Shown here: positions 52,255 through 59,859 of the stretch, in pieces | Numbering within the stretch: position 1 is the stretch's first letter | Layout of the letters: every line of letters begins with the position of its first letter | Source: an uncultured Gammaproteobacteria bacterium | GTDB taxonomy: Bacteria; Patescibacteriota; Microgenomatia; CAZTEW01 | Direction of reading: 5' to 3' | NCBI GenBank assembly: GCA_964612215.1 | Contig: CAZTEW010000002.1 | Span: forward strand, 1 to 63,937 | DNA: 63,937 nt | Notes under the pieces: generated by a model | The model's input: only the letters and a program-made list of their open reading frames with translations | The model's database searches: none | Told to the model about the DNA's origin: nothing | Made by a program: the position numbers and the translations under genes

Positions 52255-53865
52255 GTGTTGAAAAAATTAATCATTGTTGGCTTTCTTTTTAGCTTATTAC
52301 TTCGTTTCTATCAATTTGGCCAAATTCCGCCGGGATTAAACCGCGACGAAGCTTCTTTAGGCTATACTGCTTATTCGCTCCTGAAGAGCGGCCGCGACGA
52401 ATATGGAATAAAGTTCCCATTAACCATCAAGTCTTTTGGCGATTGGAAACTGCCGGGCTATATTTACACCCTGATTCCTTTTATCGCTATTTTTGGTCTT
52501 CAAGGCTGGGTCATCCGCCTGCCGTCGGCTCTGGCCGGCTTAGGCACGATTATTGTCATTTATTTTTTAGGGAAAGTTATTCCGCCCCCGCAGTGGAGCC
52601 ACAAATCCACTGCGGGGGCGGTTATGGCTAGCTTTCTCCTCGCCACCAGTCCCCTGCATCTCCACCTCTCCCGAGCTGGTTATGAAGCTAGTCTGGCGCT
52701 TTTCTTTTTTAGTCTCGCTCTCCTCTTTTTTCTCCGCTCTCGGTTCATCATCTCTTTTATCCTCTTTGCTCTGACTCTTTATACTTATCATGCCTATCAT
52801 CTTCTAGCGCCTCTTTTTCTGGTCCTGCTTCTTTATCAGCGGCGTCAGTCGCTTAACCGCAAGCTGATTGCCGGTTTGGGGATTTTTTTGGTCTTGGCTG
52901 CGATTATCTTTTATCTCAATTTCAGCGCCAATCTGACCAAAGCCAGCGGCATCACCTTTATAACTGACCCTGTTTTTATTCATAATCAAATTAATGAACC
53001 CCGCTCTCAAATTGCCAATCCCCTGCTCGGCCGCCTCATTTATAACAAGCCAGTTATCTTCGGGAAAACTTTTATGCTTAACTATCTAGCCAGTTTCTTG
53101 CCGCGATTTCTGGTCTTTCAAGGCGGCCGCCATCCAGTTCACAATGTTCCTGGTGTTGGCCCGGTTCTGCTTGTTGTTTATCTTTTGTTTTTTGTCGGCC
53201 TCTATCAGCTAATTAAAAAACCAAATAACCGCCTCCTTCTTGGCTGGCTCTTATTAACGCCCCTAGCTTCAAGCATTACTATTGATGCTCCTAGTACCGT
53301 TCGTTTAACACCAATGATTGTTCCTTTCTGTTTGATTAGCTCTTTGGGTTGGGAAAAATACAAACGCTTCACTTCAATTATTATCCTGATTATTTTTGTT
53401 AATCTGGCGCTTTTCGGCCGCCAGTATTTTCAAATCCTGCCTCGAGAACGAGCCCAAAATTGGGGGGCTGGTTATCAAGAATTAGCCAGCTATCTTAATC
53501 TGCCGGAAAGCGTCGCCCGCCCGGTCATCATGTCCCGACCAAATTATTCACCTTATATCTACTTTCTTTTTTACCAAAATTACCCACCGGCCCGGTATCA
53601 ACGAGAAGCGGTTCGCTACCCAGCGACCACTGACGGCTTCTTTCATGTTAAAAGCTTTAGCCGTTATCAGTTTGGAGATTTTGATCCCTTAGAAGCTGTC
53701 AATCAGGGTAAGGCTGTTGTTCTCTGGGCTGATGAAGAAATTGAGACGCTGATCGCTCCTTTTCTCCAAAAAACTATCTCTTATCGAGAAAAGCCGGTAT
53801 TTTATCTCTTTGCCAAAAAACAAGACCTAGCAAAACCAGCGCTCCCAGAGAAATCATTTCGCTGA
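52255..53865 (+). CDS. Family C PMT/ArnT-like membrane glycosyltransferase
   Basis: 536 aa. LRFYQFGQIPPGLNRDEASLGYTAYSLLKSGRDEYG and ATSPLH motifs. The 3' end overlaps the convergent gene by 92 nt. Confidence 0.8.
   Translation: MLKKLIIVGFLFSLLLRFYQFGQIPPGLNRDEASLGYTAYSLLKSGRDEYGIKFPLTIKSFGDWKLPGYIYTLIPFIAIFGLQGWVIRLPSALAGLGTIIVIYFLGKVIPPPQWSHKSTAGAVMASFLLATSPLHLHLSRAGYEASLALFFFSLALLFFLRSRFIISFILFALTLYTYHAYHLLAPLFLVLLLYQRRQSLNRKLIAGLGIFLVLAAIIFYLNFSANLTKASGITFITDPVFIHNQINEPRSQIANPLLGRLIYNKPVIFGKTFMLNYLASFLPRFLVFQGGRHPVHNVPGVGPVLLVVYLLFFVGLYQLIKKPNNRLLLGWLLLTPLASSITIDAPSTVRLTPMIVPFCLISSLGWEKYKRFTSIIILIIFVNLALFGRQYFQILPRERAQNWGAGYQELASYLNLPESVARPVIMSRPNYSPYIYFLFYQNYPPARYQREAVRYPATTDGFFHVKSFSRYQFGDFDPLEAVNQGKAVVLWADEEIETLIAPFLQKTISYREKPVFYLFAKKQDLAKPALPEKSFR
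52582..52621. repeat. Type-2 hairpin element (16-bp perfect stem, 8-nt loop) in frame
   Basis: CCGCCCCCGCAGTGGA-gccacaaa-TCCACTGCGGGGGCGG. Translated as PPPQWSHKSTAGAV. Confidence 0.9.
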
Positions 53866-55471
53866 TTTGGCGGAGTTTGGTGCGGGTGAAGCGAACTTCG
53901 ACTTGGTACTCACCAGGAGACAATCGGAAAGTAATCAAGCCGCGATGATTCTGATCCTGAAACTGAATCGGCGGCTCGGCACCATCTCGGCCAAAGGCCG
54001 ATCCGCCTTTGGCGGAAACCAAAACCCGCCAGCCGGGAAAAAAGTGAGTTCGATCTAAAACATTGACTTCGGTGCTGGCTTTAAGCGCGAAGCGATGACT
54101 GGTAGAACTGCGTTCAAGATTAATTATTTCGCCATCACCCTCAATAATTTCCACATACTCCCCTGGATATCTAGCCGGCGGACTGGCCGCCCAAATCGTA
54201 TCCGCCTCACCAAAATAGGTCGTATTCAACGGGTAATGCCAATAATCCTGCTCGTTAATCTGATCAAACCCCAAAGTTTGCCAAAAAGGCAAGCTAGTGA
54301 AAAAAACAGCGATGACAATTAACCAATAAAATCCGATCCGCCCCCGCAGTGGAGCCACAAATCCACTGCGGGGGCGGTTATAGGTGATCGCGGCTGTCAG
54401 AGAAGTCGCCAAAACCACCAGAGTCAAAAAGCGCCAGGAAAATTGAAACTGCCGCAGCACCGGCATTCGCTGCCACAAAGGAATTGAAATTTCCTGCATC
54501 ACTACCAGACAAATCAAAAACAACAACCAAGAAAAAATAACCAGTCGTTTTTCGCATACCGGTAGCTTTTTTTGCCAAACCAGCCAACCGGCCAGCGCCA
54601 AGCTCAACAGCGGCAATAAGCCCACCTGAACACTAATATCATGAACCTGACCCCAGGCTTGATTAAGAAGATTAGGAACAAATAATTGCTTTAAGCTCGG
54701 AAAATGCTCTAAATACAGGTTTTTCATGAATAAATCGCCATAAGTGTATTTTCTTTCCAATAAGGCCGGCAGCCAATACCAGCTGGCCAGCGCCATCCCC
54801 CAACCGGCCGCTAACCAAGCAACAACTCGACTTGACCAATTCGGCGCGGCCAGCAGTGTAAAAAGCAGCAGGGCACTAAAGAAAACCAGGCTAATCGAAT
54901 TGTGAGTCAAAATTAACAAAGCCACTCCCAAAACCGTCAAGAAAAATCCCTGACGATAATTTTGTTTAAAAATCTTGGCGATGCCCCATAAAGCCAAAGC
55001 TAAAAAAGCATAAGTCCAAACCTCGCCGAAAGCGCCGCGGACCAGCATTTCGATTAAACGAAAACCGTGAAACTGATAAAACAAGGCCAGTAAAAAGGCT
55101 TTTCTCTCGTCAGTCAAGAGTTCGCGGCCGGCCAGAAACATTAACGGCCCGGAAAATAAAAAACTTAGAAAAAGAACCAGTTTATAAGTGAAAACCAACC
55201 CTAAGCCGGTTTTCAAGAATAAATAGCTGAGAAAATACGGCCAAGGATAAGTAAAAATCAGAATCGGCGTGCCGTAACCGTAATCTAGTCCACTCGCCCA
55301 CCGCGGCGGCCATTGACCGTCTTCAGCCGCCTGAAACCAAGCCGCCATTCTCGCCAAATGAACCGGACCGTCATGCGTATGAAGCATTAATGACGACCGG
55401 AAAATCACCAGTCCTGGCAACAACGATAAAAAAAGAATCAGCCAGAGAAATTTATTCTTCTTGAATTTCAT
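53774..55471 (-). CDS. Family A polytopic membrane protein, putative GT-C glycosyltransferase
   Basis: 565 aa. THDGPVHLARM, SWYWLPAL and HFFPGWRVLV motifs, plus a C-terminal TM anchor. Confidence 0.7.
   Translation of the reverse strand: MKFKKNKFLWLILFLSLLPGLVIFRSSLMLHTHDGPVHLARMAAWFQAAEDGQWPPRWASGLDYGYGTPILIFTYPWPYFLSYLFLKTGLGLVFTYKLVLFLSFLFSGPLMFLAGRELLTDERKAFLLALFYQFHGFRLIEMLVRGAFGEVWTYAFLALALWGIAKIFKQNYRQGFFLTVLGVALLILTHNSISLVFFSALLLFTLLAAPNWSSRVVAWLAAGWGMALASWYWLPALLERKYTYGDLFMKNLYLEHFPSLKQLFVPNLLNQAWGQVHDISVQVGLLPLLSLALAGWLVWQKKLPVCEKRLVIFSWLLFLICLVVMQEISIPLWQRMPVLRQFQFSWRFLTLVVLATSLTAAITYNRPRSGFVAPLRGRIGFYWLIVIAVFFTSLPFWQTLGFDQINEQDYWHYPLNTTYFGEADTIWAASPPARYPGEYVEIIEGDGEIINLERSSTSHRFALKASTEVNVLDRTHFFPGWRVLVSAKGGSAFGRDGAEPPIQFQDQNHRGLITFRLSPGEYQVEVRFTRTKLRQISEMISLGALVLLGLVFWQRDKIPAFLDKR
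53991..54015. repeat. Type-3 palindromic micro-insertion
   Basis: CCAAAGGCCGATCCGCCTTTGGCGG. Encodes SAKGGSAFGR after HFFPGWRVLV. Confidence 0.8.
54338..54377. repeat. Type-2 hairpin element (16-bp perfect stem) in frame, in a gene on the opposite strand from the identical 52582 copy
   Basis: A 40/40 match to 52582-52621, with flanking tccg...ttat also shared. Translated on the minus strand as RPRSGFVAPLRGR. Confidence 0.9.
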
Positions 55472-56996
55472 CTTCGCCTTGCCAATGAACCAATTTCATG
55501 ATGGTGACAAAATTAACTTGTCCCTGATCAATGATTTCCGCCCGGCCAAAACCAGCTATTTCCCAAAGCGGATGGCCTAGGGGCTTGCATTCGTCCATTT
55601 CGCAAACCACCCAAAGTTGATCAGTCACGCTTTCTCTTTCCGGATCAGATTCGTAAGTTTGAATCACCACCGGTGGATTACCACCGGTCTCTAAAAAGTA
55701 GCGATAAGCATGATCAGAATTATTAGCGGTAATCAAAGCAAAATTCAGCGGCTGATCTTCATCCCACTCAAGAATAAAATCAGCCACTTGTTGAGCATGA
55801 AGCACGAGATTGTTGCCAGGTGATTTAATCGGCCGCTGCCACCAGTTAACTAACAACAGACTGATAAACAAGAAAACAGCTAAGCCGTGTAATATTTTTT
55901 TGCGGCTTAAGAAAACCAATAAATTGGTTACCAATAAAAAAGGCAAAGCAAACATGATCCCCAAATAATAGTCATAGACCGCCCGGCGGTAAAACGAAAA
56001 TAGACCAACGCCAAAAACCAGCCAAAAAAGAAGCAAAAGTTGATCTGGTCGCCGTTTCTTAATTGTTTGCCAAAGCAACAGTGCTAAAGCACTGACTAAT
56101 AAAAAGATCACCCCCCAGCGCCAAGATTCCAACAGCCAACGCTGTTGGTCATAGCGGTAAAAATGTTCTGGAGAGGGAAAAGCAAGTGGCAATCGGCCGA
56201 AAAGTCGAAAAACAATGTCGGCCAGTTTTATCCCCAGCTTCTCGGCGACAAACCCGGTTTCTTTACCGCGAAAAATAAAATCATAGATGGTGCGGGCATT
56301 GGGAAAGCCATGACGCAGTTCGAATAAAAGAAACGGCGACCAACCCGCAATGCCGCCTAACACCTTTATTCCCCAAAGCTTAAGATCTGCTTTCTTTCTT
56401 TTATAAATCAGTAAGAAAGCAGCCCCCATCGGGATCAGAAAAGTAAAAAGATAATGCAGTTGGAGACCGATACCGAGACTGACACCAGCGCTGAGCCACC
56501 ATTGCCAGCGGTTGGTTTTCACAATCTGATAAAGAGACCAGATGTAAAATAAGCTGAAAAACGGCACCAGATTCGGGTTCCAAGACGACCGGGAATAAAC
56601 AATCACCAACGGCGATAAAGCATAAAGACTGGCCGCCATTAATCCGCCAACCTTACCAAAAAATTCCTGACCGACCCGATAAATCAAATAAACAGTCGCC
56701 ATCCCAAAAAGAGCGACCATAATGGCTGGCCCAACCGGATCCAAGCGCCAAGCCCACAAAAAAGGCAACATGAAATAGTAATAAATTGGCCCTAAGAAAA
56801 AGCCGCCGACGCTGGCGGTTGGTCCAAGCAAAGTCCATTTATGATCAACCAACATCCGCTTAACCACCAAAACGTCCCGGCCCTCATCACCGAGAAAAGT
56901 CATGTATTCACTGATCCGGTAAAGCCGCATAAAAGCGGCCAGAACTAGAATTATGAATAACGAATAACGAATTATGAATTGCTTAAGCTTTGCCAT
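55452..56996 (-). CDS. Family E polytopic membrane protein, putative GT-C glycosyltransferase
   Basis: 514 aa. GDEGRDVLVVKRMLVDHKWTLLGPTASVGGFFLGPIYYYF motif. Paralogue of 25191, and like it lies directly downstream of a DPM1-like GT2. Confidence 0.65.
   Translation of the reverse strand: MAKLKQFIIRYSLFIILVLAAFMRLYRISEYMTFLGDEGRDVLVVKRMLVDHKWTLLGPTASVGGFFLGPIYYYFMLPFLWAWRLDPVGPAIMVALFGMATVYLIYRVGQEFFGKVGGLMAASLYALSPLVIVYSRSSWNPNLVPFFSLFYIWSLYQIVKTNRWQWWLSAGVSLGIGLQLHYLFTFLIPMGAAFLLIYKRKKADLKLWGIKVLGGIAGWSPFLLFELRHGFPNARTIYDFIFRGKETGFVAEKLGIKLADIVFRLFGRLPLAFPSPEHFYRYDQQRWLLESWRWGVIFLLVSALALLLWQTIKKRRPDQLLLLFWLVFGVGLFSFYRRAVYDYYLGIMFALPFLLVTNLLVFLSRKKILHGLAVFLFISLLLVNWWQRPIKSPGNNLVLHAQQVADFILEWDEDQPLNFALITANNSDHAYRYFLETGGNPPVVIQTYESDPERESVTDQLWVVCEMDECKPLGHPLWEIAGFGRAEIIDQGQVNFVTIMKLVHWQGEDEIQEE
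56949..56976. repeat. Period-7 repeat (AATTATG AATAACG AATAACG AATTATG) inside a CDS
   Basis: Encodes FIIRYSLFII in the first TM helix of the family E protein. Confidence 0.85.
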
Positions 56997-57679
56997 AAGC
57001 GAAAACTTTCTTTGATTGACCGCCAGATTACTTGCGGATCAGCGCCGGTTTGCCGACCCGCTTGACGCGGATAATGAGTCACTGGAATTTCTATAATTTT
57101 AAAACCAGATTTTTTCGCTTTCACCAAGAGCTCAGTTGCAGTCATGCCGCTGCTGGTTTGTAAAGTGCCAATTTGGTCAATCACTTCTTTTTTGATCAAC
57201 TTAAAACCACAATCAACGTCATGCATCCAAAGACCGAAAAAAATCAGATTCCAAAATTTCAGCATCTGGCCGATTAAAATCCGCTGCCAGGGATCGCGGC
57301 GCGGCGAGCGATAGCCGATAATTAAATCAGCTTCATCGCGTCGATCTAGAAAATTATCAATCTCCTGGAAGTTAAATTGACCGTCAGAATCAGTGTAGGC
57401 AATCCAGGGATATTGGCAATGAGTAAAGCCAGATTTCAGGGCAGCGCCATAGCCGCGGTTCGGCGTGTGAGCAATGAGCTTAATTCTTGGGTTTCTCTTG
57501 ATCAGCTTTTTGACAATCACCGCTGTTTGATCAAGACTGCCGTCATCAACCACAATGACTTCATAACTCCCAGCGGTTTTTTTCAGCTTCTCGACGCTAG
57601 CGTTCACTGTTTTCTTAATATTTTTCTCTTCGTTATACGCCGGAAAAAACACCGAAAGTGCTGCAATCTTCATCACCAA
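56972..57679 (-). CDS. GT2 polyprenyl-phosphate glycosyltransferase (DPM1/GtrB-like)
   Basis: LSVFFPAYNEEKNI, VIVVDDGSLDQT and YTDSDGQF motifs. The ORF-track start at 57679 is TTG. The ATG at 57673 (MKIAALS) is more likely. Confidence 0.75.
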   Translation of the reverse strand: MVMKIAALSVFFPAYNEEKNIKKTVNASVEKLKKTAGSYEVIVVDDGSLDQTAVIVKKLIKRNPRIKLIAHTPNRGYGAALKSGFTHCQYPWIAYTDSDGQFNFQEIDNFLDRRDEADLIIGYRSPRRDPWQRILIGQMLKFWNLIFFGLWMHDVDCGFKLIKKEVIDQIGTLQTSSGMTATELLVKAKKSGFKIIEIPVTHYPRQAGRQTGADPQVIWRSIKESFRLWQSLSNS

Positions 57680-57722
57680 AAGTATAACATAGAAGGCTAA
57701 AAAGCATTATCTAAGCGTTTGA

Positions 57723-57751
57723 TTGACAGGAATCAGCTTTTGTGTTATCTT
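57723..57751 (+). promoter_or_regulatory. Sigma70-like promoter: TTGACA-N17-TATCTT with a TGn extension
   Basis: TTGACA at 57723-57728, a 17-nt spacer ending in TGT, and TATCTT at 57746-57751. Points into the 345-nt non-coding region. Confidence 0.45.
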
Positions 57752-57757
57752 ATGAGA

Positions 57758-57994
57758 TGTGCACAGAGCAGAAAAACCCGCTACTTGGCAAGAAATGAAC
57801 CACAGGCTTAAGCCAGGAGAAAAGCTTATGGGCTGTATTGGACCAGAAGAACATCTCTGTAGCTTAAGCATTCCTCCTCAATTGGAAAACAACATAAGGT
57901 TTGTTGGGGTAAGAGATTCTGAAACAGGAAGAACAGCAAATGCCGCATGGGCAATTCTAACTTTCACGGTCTCCTAAATGGCTATTTTCAGCTC
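57758..57994 (+). ncRNA. Candidate structured small RNA of unknown class (alternatively the long 5' leader of the minus-strand GT2 operon)
   Basis: Lies between the promoter-like box and a perfect hairpin with a T-tract. The 5' segment AGAGCaGAAAA (57765-57775) is complementary to TTTTCaGCTCT (57985-57995). Two self-complementary GCTTAAGC octamers (57806-57813 and 57862-57869) can pair with each other. An inner hairpin spans roughly 57817-57857. No convincing ORF. Confidence 0.35.
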
Positions 57995-58032
57995 TTGACA
58001 AATTATCACAGGTGTCATAATTTGTCAATTTT
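57995..58032 (+). terminator. Perfect 12-bp inverted repeat plus T-tract (intrinsic terminator on the plus strand; could also be an operator or promoter palindrome)
   Basis: TTGACAAATTAT-cacaggtgtc-ATAATTTGTCAA followed by TTTT. It overlaps the dedA stop codon (58025-58027). On either strand it also reads TTGACA-N17-TAATTT. Confidence 0.5.
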
Positions 58033-58693
58033 GGAGTTGATTTTTATTTTTATTTTGCCAGTGGCGGTGACGTTTAAGCTTGTGGCGGAAGTAGCCGATG
58101 CCGGCAGCAAGAAAAAGGCCAACCAAAACCGCGTCGAATTTATGAAAATAGCCACCCAGAGAATCCCAATTTTCTCCTAGTTTCACTCCCAGCCAGGCTA
58201 GAGCCGCTGACCAGAGAAACGAACCGACGGTCGTATAAAAAGCAAACTTAGGGAAGTTCATCCGGCTAATTCCGGCCGGCAAGGAAATAAAAGTCCGGAC
58301 TACGGGTAATAATCGCGAGGTAAAGGCAATCACTTCGCCATGTTTTTGGAACCAGTGAATCGCTTCGTCCAGTTCATACTCAAAAACCAAAACAAATTTT
58401 CCCCAGCGCCGGATTAACTGGCGGACAATCTCCTCGCCAAAACGCGCTCCTAACCAATAAGCCAAGGCTGACCCTAAAAGGCAGCCAATGGCGCCGGCCA
58501 AAGCCACCAGCCAGAAATTAAACGCACCCAGAGCCACTAAAAACCCGGAGAAAGGCATGATAATTTCCGAAGGCAAAGGAATGCAGGCGGATTCGATGGC
58601 CATCGCCAAAACAATGCCGAAATAGCCTAAACTGGAAATCAGGTTTTTGACAAAAACAGCCAGAATAATCAGGATTTGAGAAACGAAGTTCAT
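58025..58693 (-). CDS. dedA: DedA-family membrane protein
   Basis: 222 aa. LGYFGIVLAMAIESACIPLPSEIIMPFSGFL is typical of the DedA/SNARE-associated family. Confidence 0.8.
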   Translation of the reverse strand: MNFVSQILIILAVFVKNLISSLGYFGIVLAMAIESACIPLPSEIIMPFSGFLVALGAFNFWLVALAGAIGCLLGSALAYWLGARFGEEIVRQLIRRWGKFVLVFEYELDEAIHWFQKHGEVIAFTSRLLPVVRTFISLPAGISRMNFPKFAFYTTVGSFLWSAALAWLGVKLGENWDSLGGYFHKFDAVLVGLFLAAGIGYFRHKLKRHRHWQNKNKNQLQN

Positions 58694-59859
58694 TATCGAG
58701 TTTTCCAGATAAAGCGGTTGTAGATGGTGTAGTTCCAGGCGATGGTCGCTACTAAACCTAAAACAAAGAAGGCATGAATGAAAATGCTTTCCGGAGTCAC
58801 TAAAATTTCACCTAAACGGACAATCCCTCCCTGTAATAACCAAACAGCAATATTTGATGTCAGCCAAAACTGAAGAAATTTAAATAAAAACTTAGCCGGC
58901 TGGTTGATTCTTTTGTCCCGGAAAGTCCAGAGATTATTTAAAAGATAGTTAGAAATAATCGCCAGCTGGCCACCGAGAATCGTGGCCAAGGCTGGAGTAA
59001 CTGCTTTGATACCGAAAGCAAGTAAATAATAAACGACTGTCTGAATCACTAAACCAGTGCCGCCGACAACCGCAAATTTAATAAAGCGGGCTGAGCGGTC
59101 TAAGCGGATTAAAATCGCCAGCTTCATGTATTCAAAAACGTCCCGCAAGTAACTTTTAAGATATTTTTTACCAATCTTCGCCTCGCCCCTGGTTCGGAAT
59201 TTGAAAACTACCGGTACTTCGCTAAATTTATCCGTCACCTTTGAAAGAGCGTAAAGAATATAGGCCTGAAAGCCAAAGCCGCGAACCTTAATTTTATTCA
59301 TCAGCTGGTCTAAAGGGACCTGATCCAGAACGCCTCTGACCCGAATCGCTTTAAAGTTACCGTTATGATCTTTAACTTCCTTAATGCCGGCCACGTAAGT
59401 AGCAAAGAGGTCGTTGGCCACCCAATGATTAAGTTTCCGGAAAAGGCTCCAGCCTTCGGTGCCAGCCTGACCCACGTGCCGGGAAGCGACGACGACATCA
59501 TCACCGGCTTCTATTTTGGCCAGCAAATCAACAATGTGCTTGGGATCAAAAGAAAAATCGCAATCATTAGGAATAATCACCTCAGCTTGCATCTTCTCCA
59601 TCGCGTACTGGTAGCCGCGAATCAAAGCATGACCTAGGCCTTTTTTAAGACCAGTGATGAGTTCCACCGAAGAATCTTTTTTCATATATTCCTTGACCAC
59701 CTCACCGGTGCCGTCAGGCGAATCGTCATCAACCACCAGCGTTGCGAATTGATACTGGGGATTATCCCGAGCAATCTTAGTCAGCGCGGTCAGCATCAAG
59801 CCGATGTTTTCTTTTTCGTTATAAGTCGGGATAATATTAACGATTTTCATAATAATCAA
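58693..59859 (-). CDS. GT2 polyprenyl-phosphate glycosyltransferase fused to a GtrA-like membrane domain
   Basis: 388 aa. N-terminal motifs IIPTYNEKENI and LVVDDDSPDGT. The C-terminal four-TM domain FIKFAVVGGTGLVIQTVVYYLL...NNLWTFR is typical of GtrA. Confidence 0.8.
   Translation of the reverse strand: MIIMKIVNIIPTYNEKENIGLMLTALTKIARDNPQYQFATLVVDDDSPDGTGEVVKEYMKKDSSVELITGLKKGLGHALIRGYQYAMEKMQAEVIIPNDCDFSFDPKHIVDLLAKIEAGDDVVVASRHVGQAGTEGWSLFRKLNHWVANDLFATYVAGIKEVKDHNGNFKAIRVRGVLDQVPLDQLMNKIKVRGFGFQAYILYALSKVTDKFSEVPVVFKFRTRGEAKIGKKYLKSYLRDVFEYMKLAILIRLDRSARFIKFAVVGGTGLVIQTVVYYLLAFGIKAVTPALATILGGQLAIISNYLLNNLWTFRDKRINQPAKFLFKFLQFWLTSNIAVWLLQGGIVRLGEILVTPESIFIHAFFVLGLVATIAWNYTIYNRFIWKTR

Noticed and set aside
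148-54377. Interpreting the dispersed palindromic repeats as a CRISPR array.
   Set aside because: The copies are tens of kilobases apart with no regular repeat-spacer periodicity. They lie inside ORFs on both strands, and no cas genes are present.
5601-55471. Calling some of the unassigned polytopic proteins Wzy polymerase or WaaL/O-antigen ligase.
   Set aside because: I could not recognise the characteristic Wzy_C/O-antigen ligase periplasmic loop motifs. The proteins instead share HDGxxH, DE/DD first-loop or YfhO-type motifs, so the calls are kept generic (GT-C-like).
56981-56988. A third GCTTAAGC octamer just downstream of the heptamer tract in the family E gene, possibly linked to the two copies in the intergenic RNA candidate.
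   Set aside because: An 8-nt palindrome can recur by chance in 64 kb, and there is no extended similarity around it.
57759-57977. The 72-aa ORF (GTG start) in the 345-nt intergenic region, and the 77-aa ORF at 57947-58180.
   Set aside because: Neither has a ribosome-binding context. The first would start essentially at the predicted transcription start, its peptide composition is unremarkable, and the second overlaps dedA in antisense. The region is better explained as RNA or regulatory sequence.
57758-57994. Assigning the candidate RNA to a known class. I noticed an SRP domain-IV-like GGAAGAACAGCA string, an RNase P-like ACAGAAAAACCCGCU string, a TPP-like GGGGUAAGAGAUUCUGAAAC string and 6S-like end pairing.
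   Set aside because: None of the surrounding sequence fits the respective consensus helices when I tried to pair it by hand. The resemblances are short and could be chance, so the class is left open.
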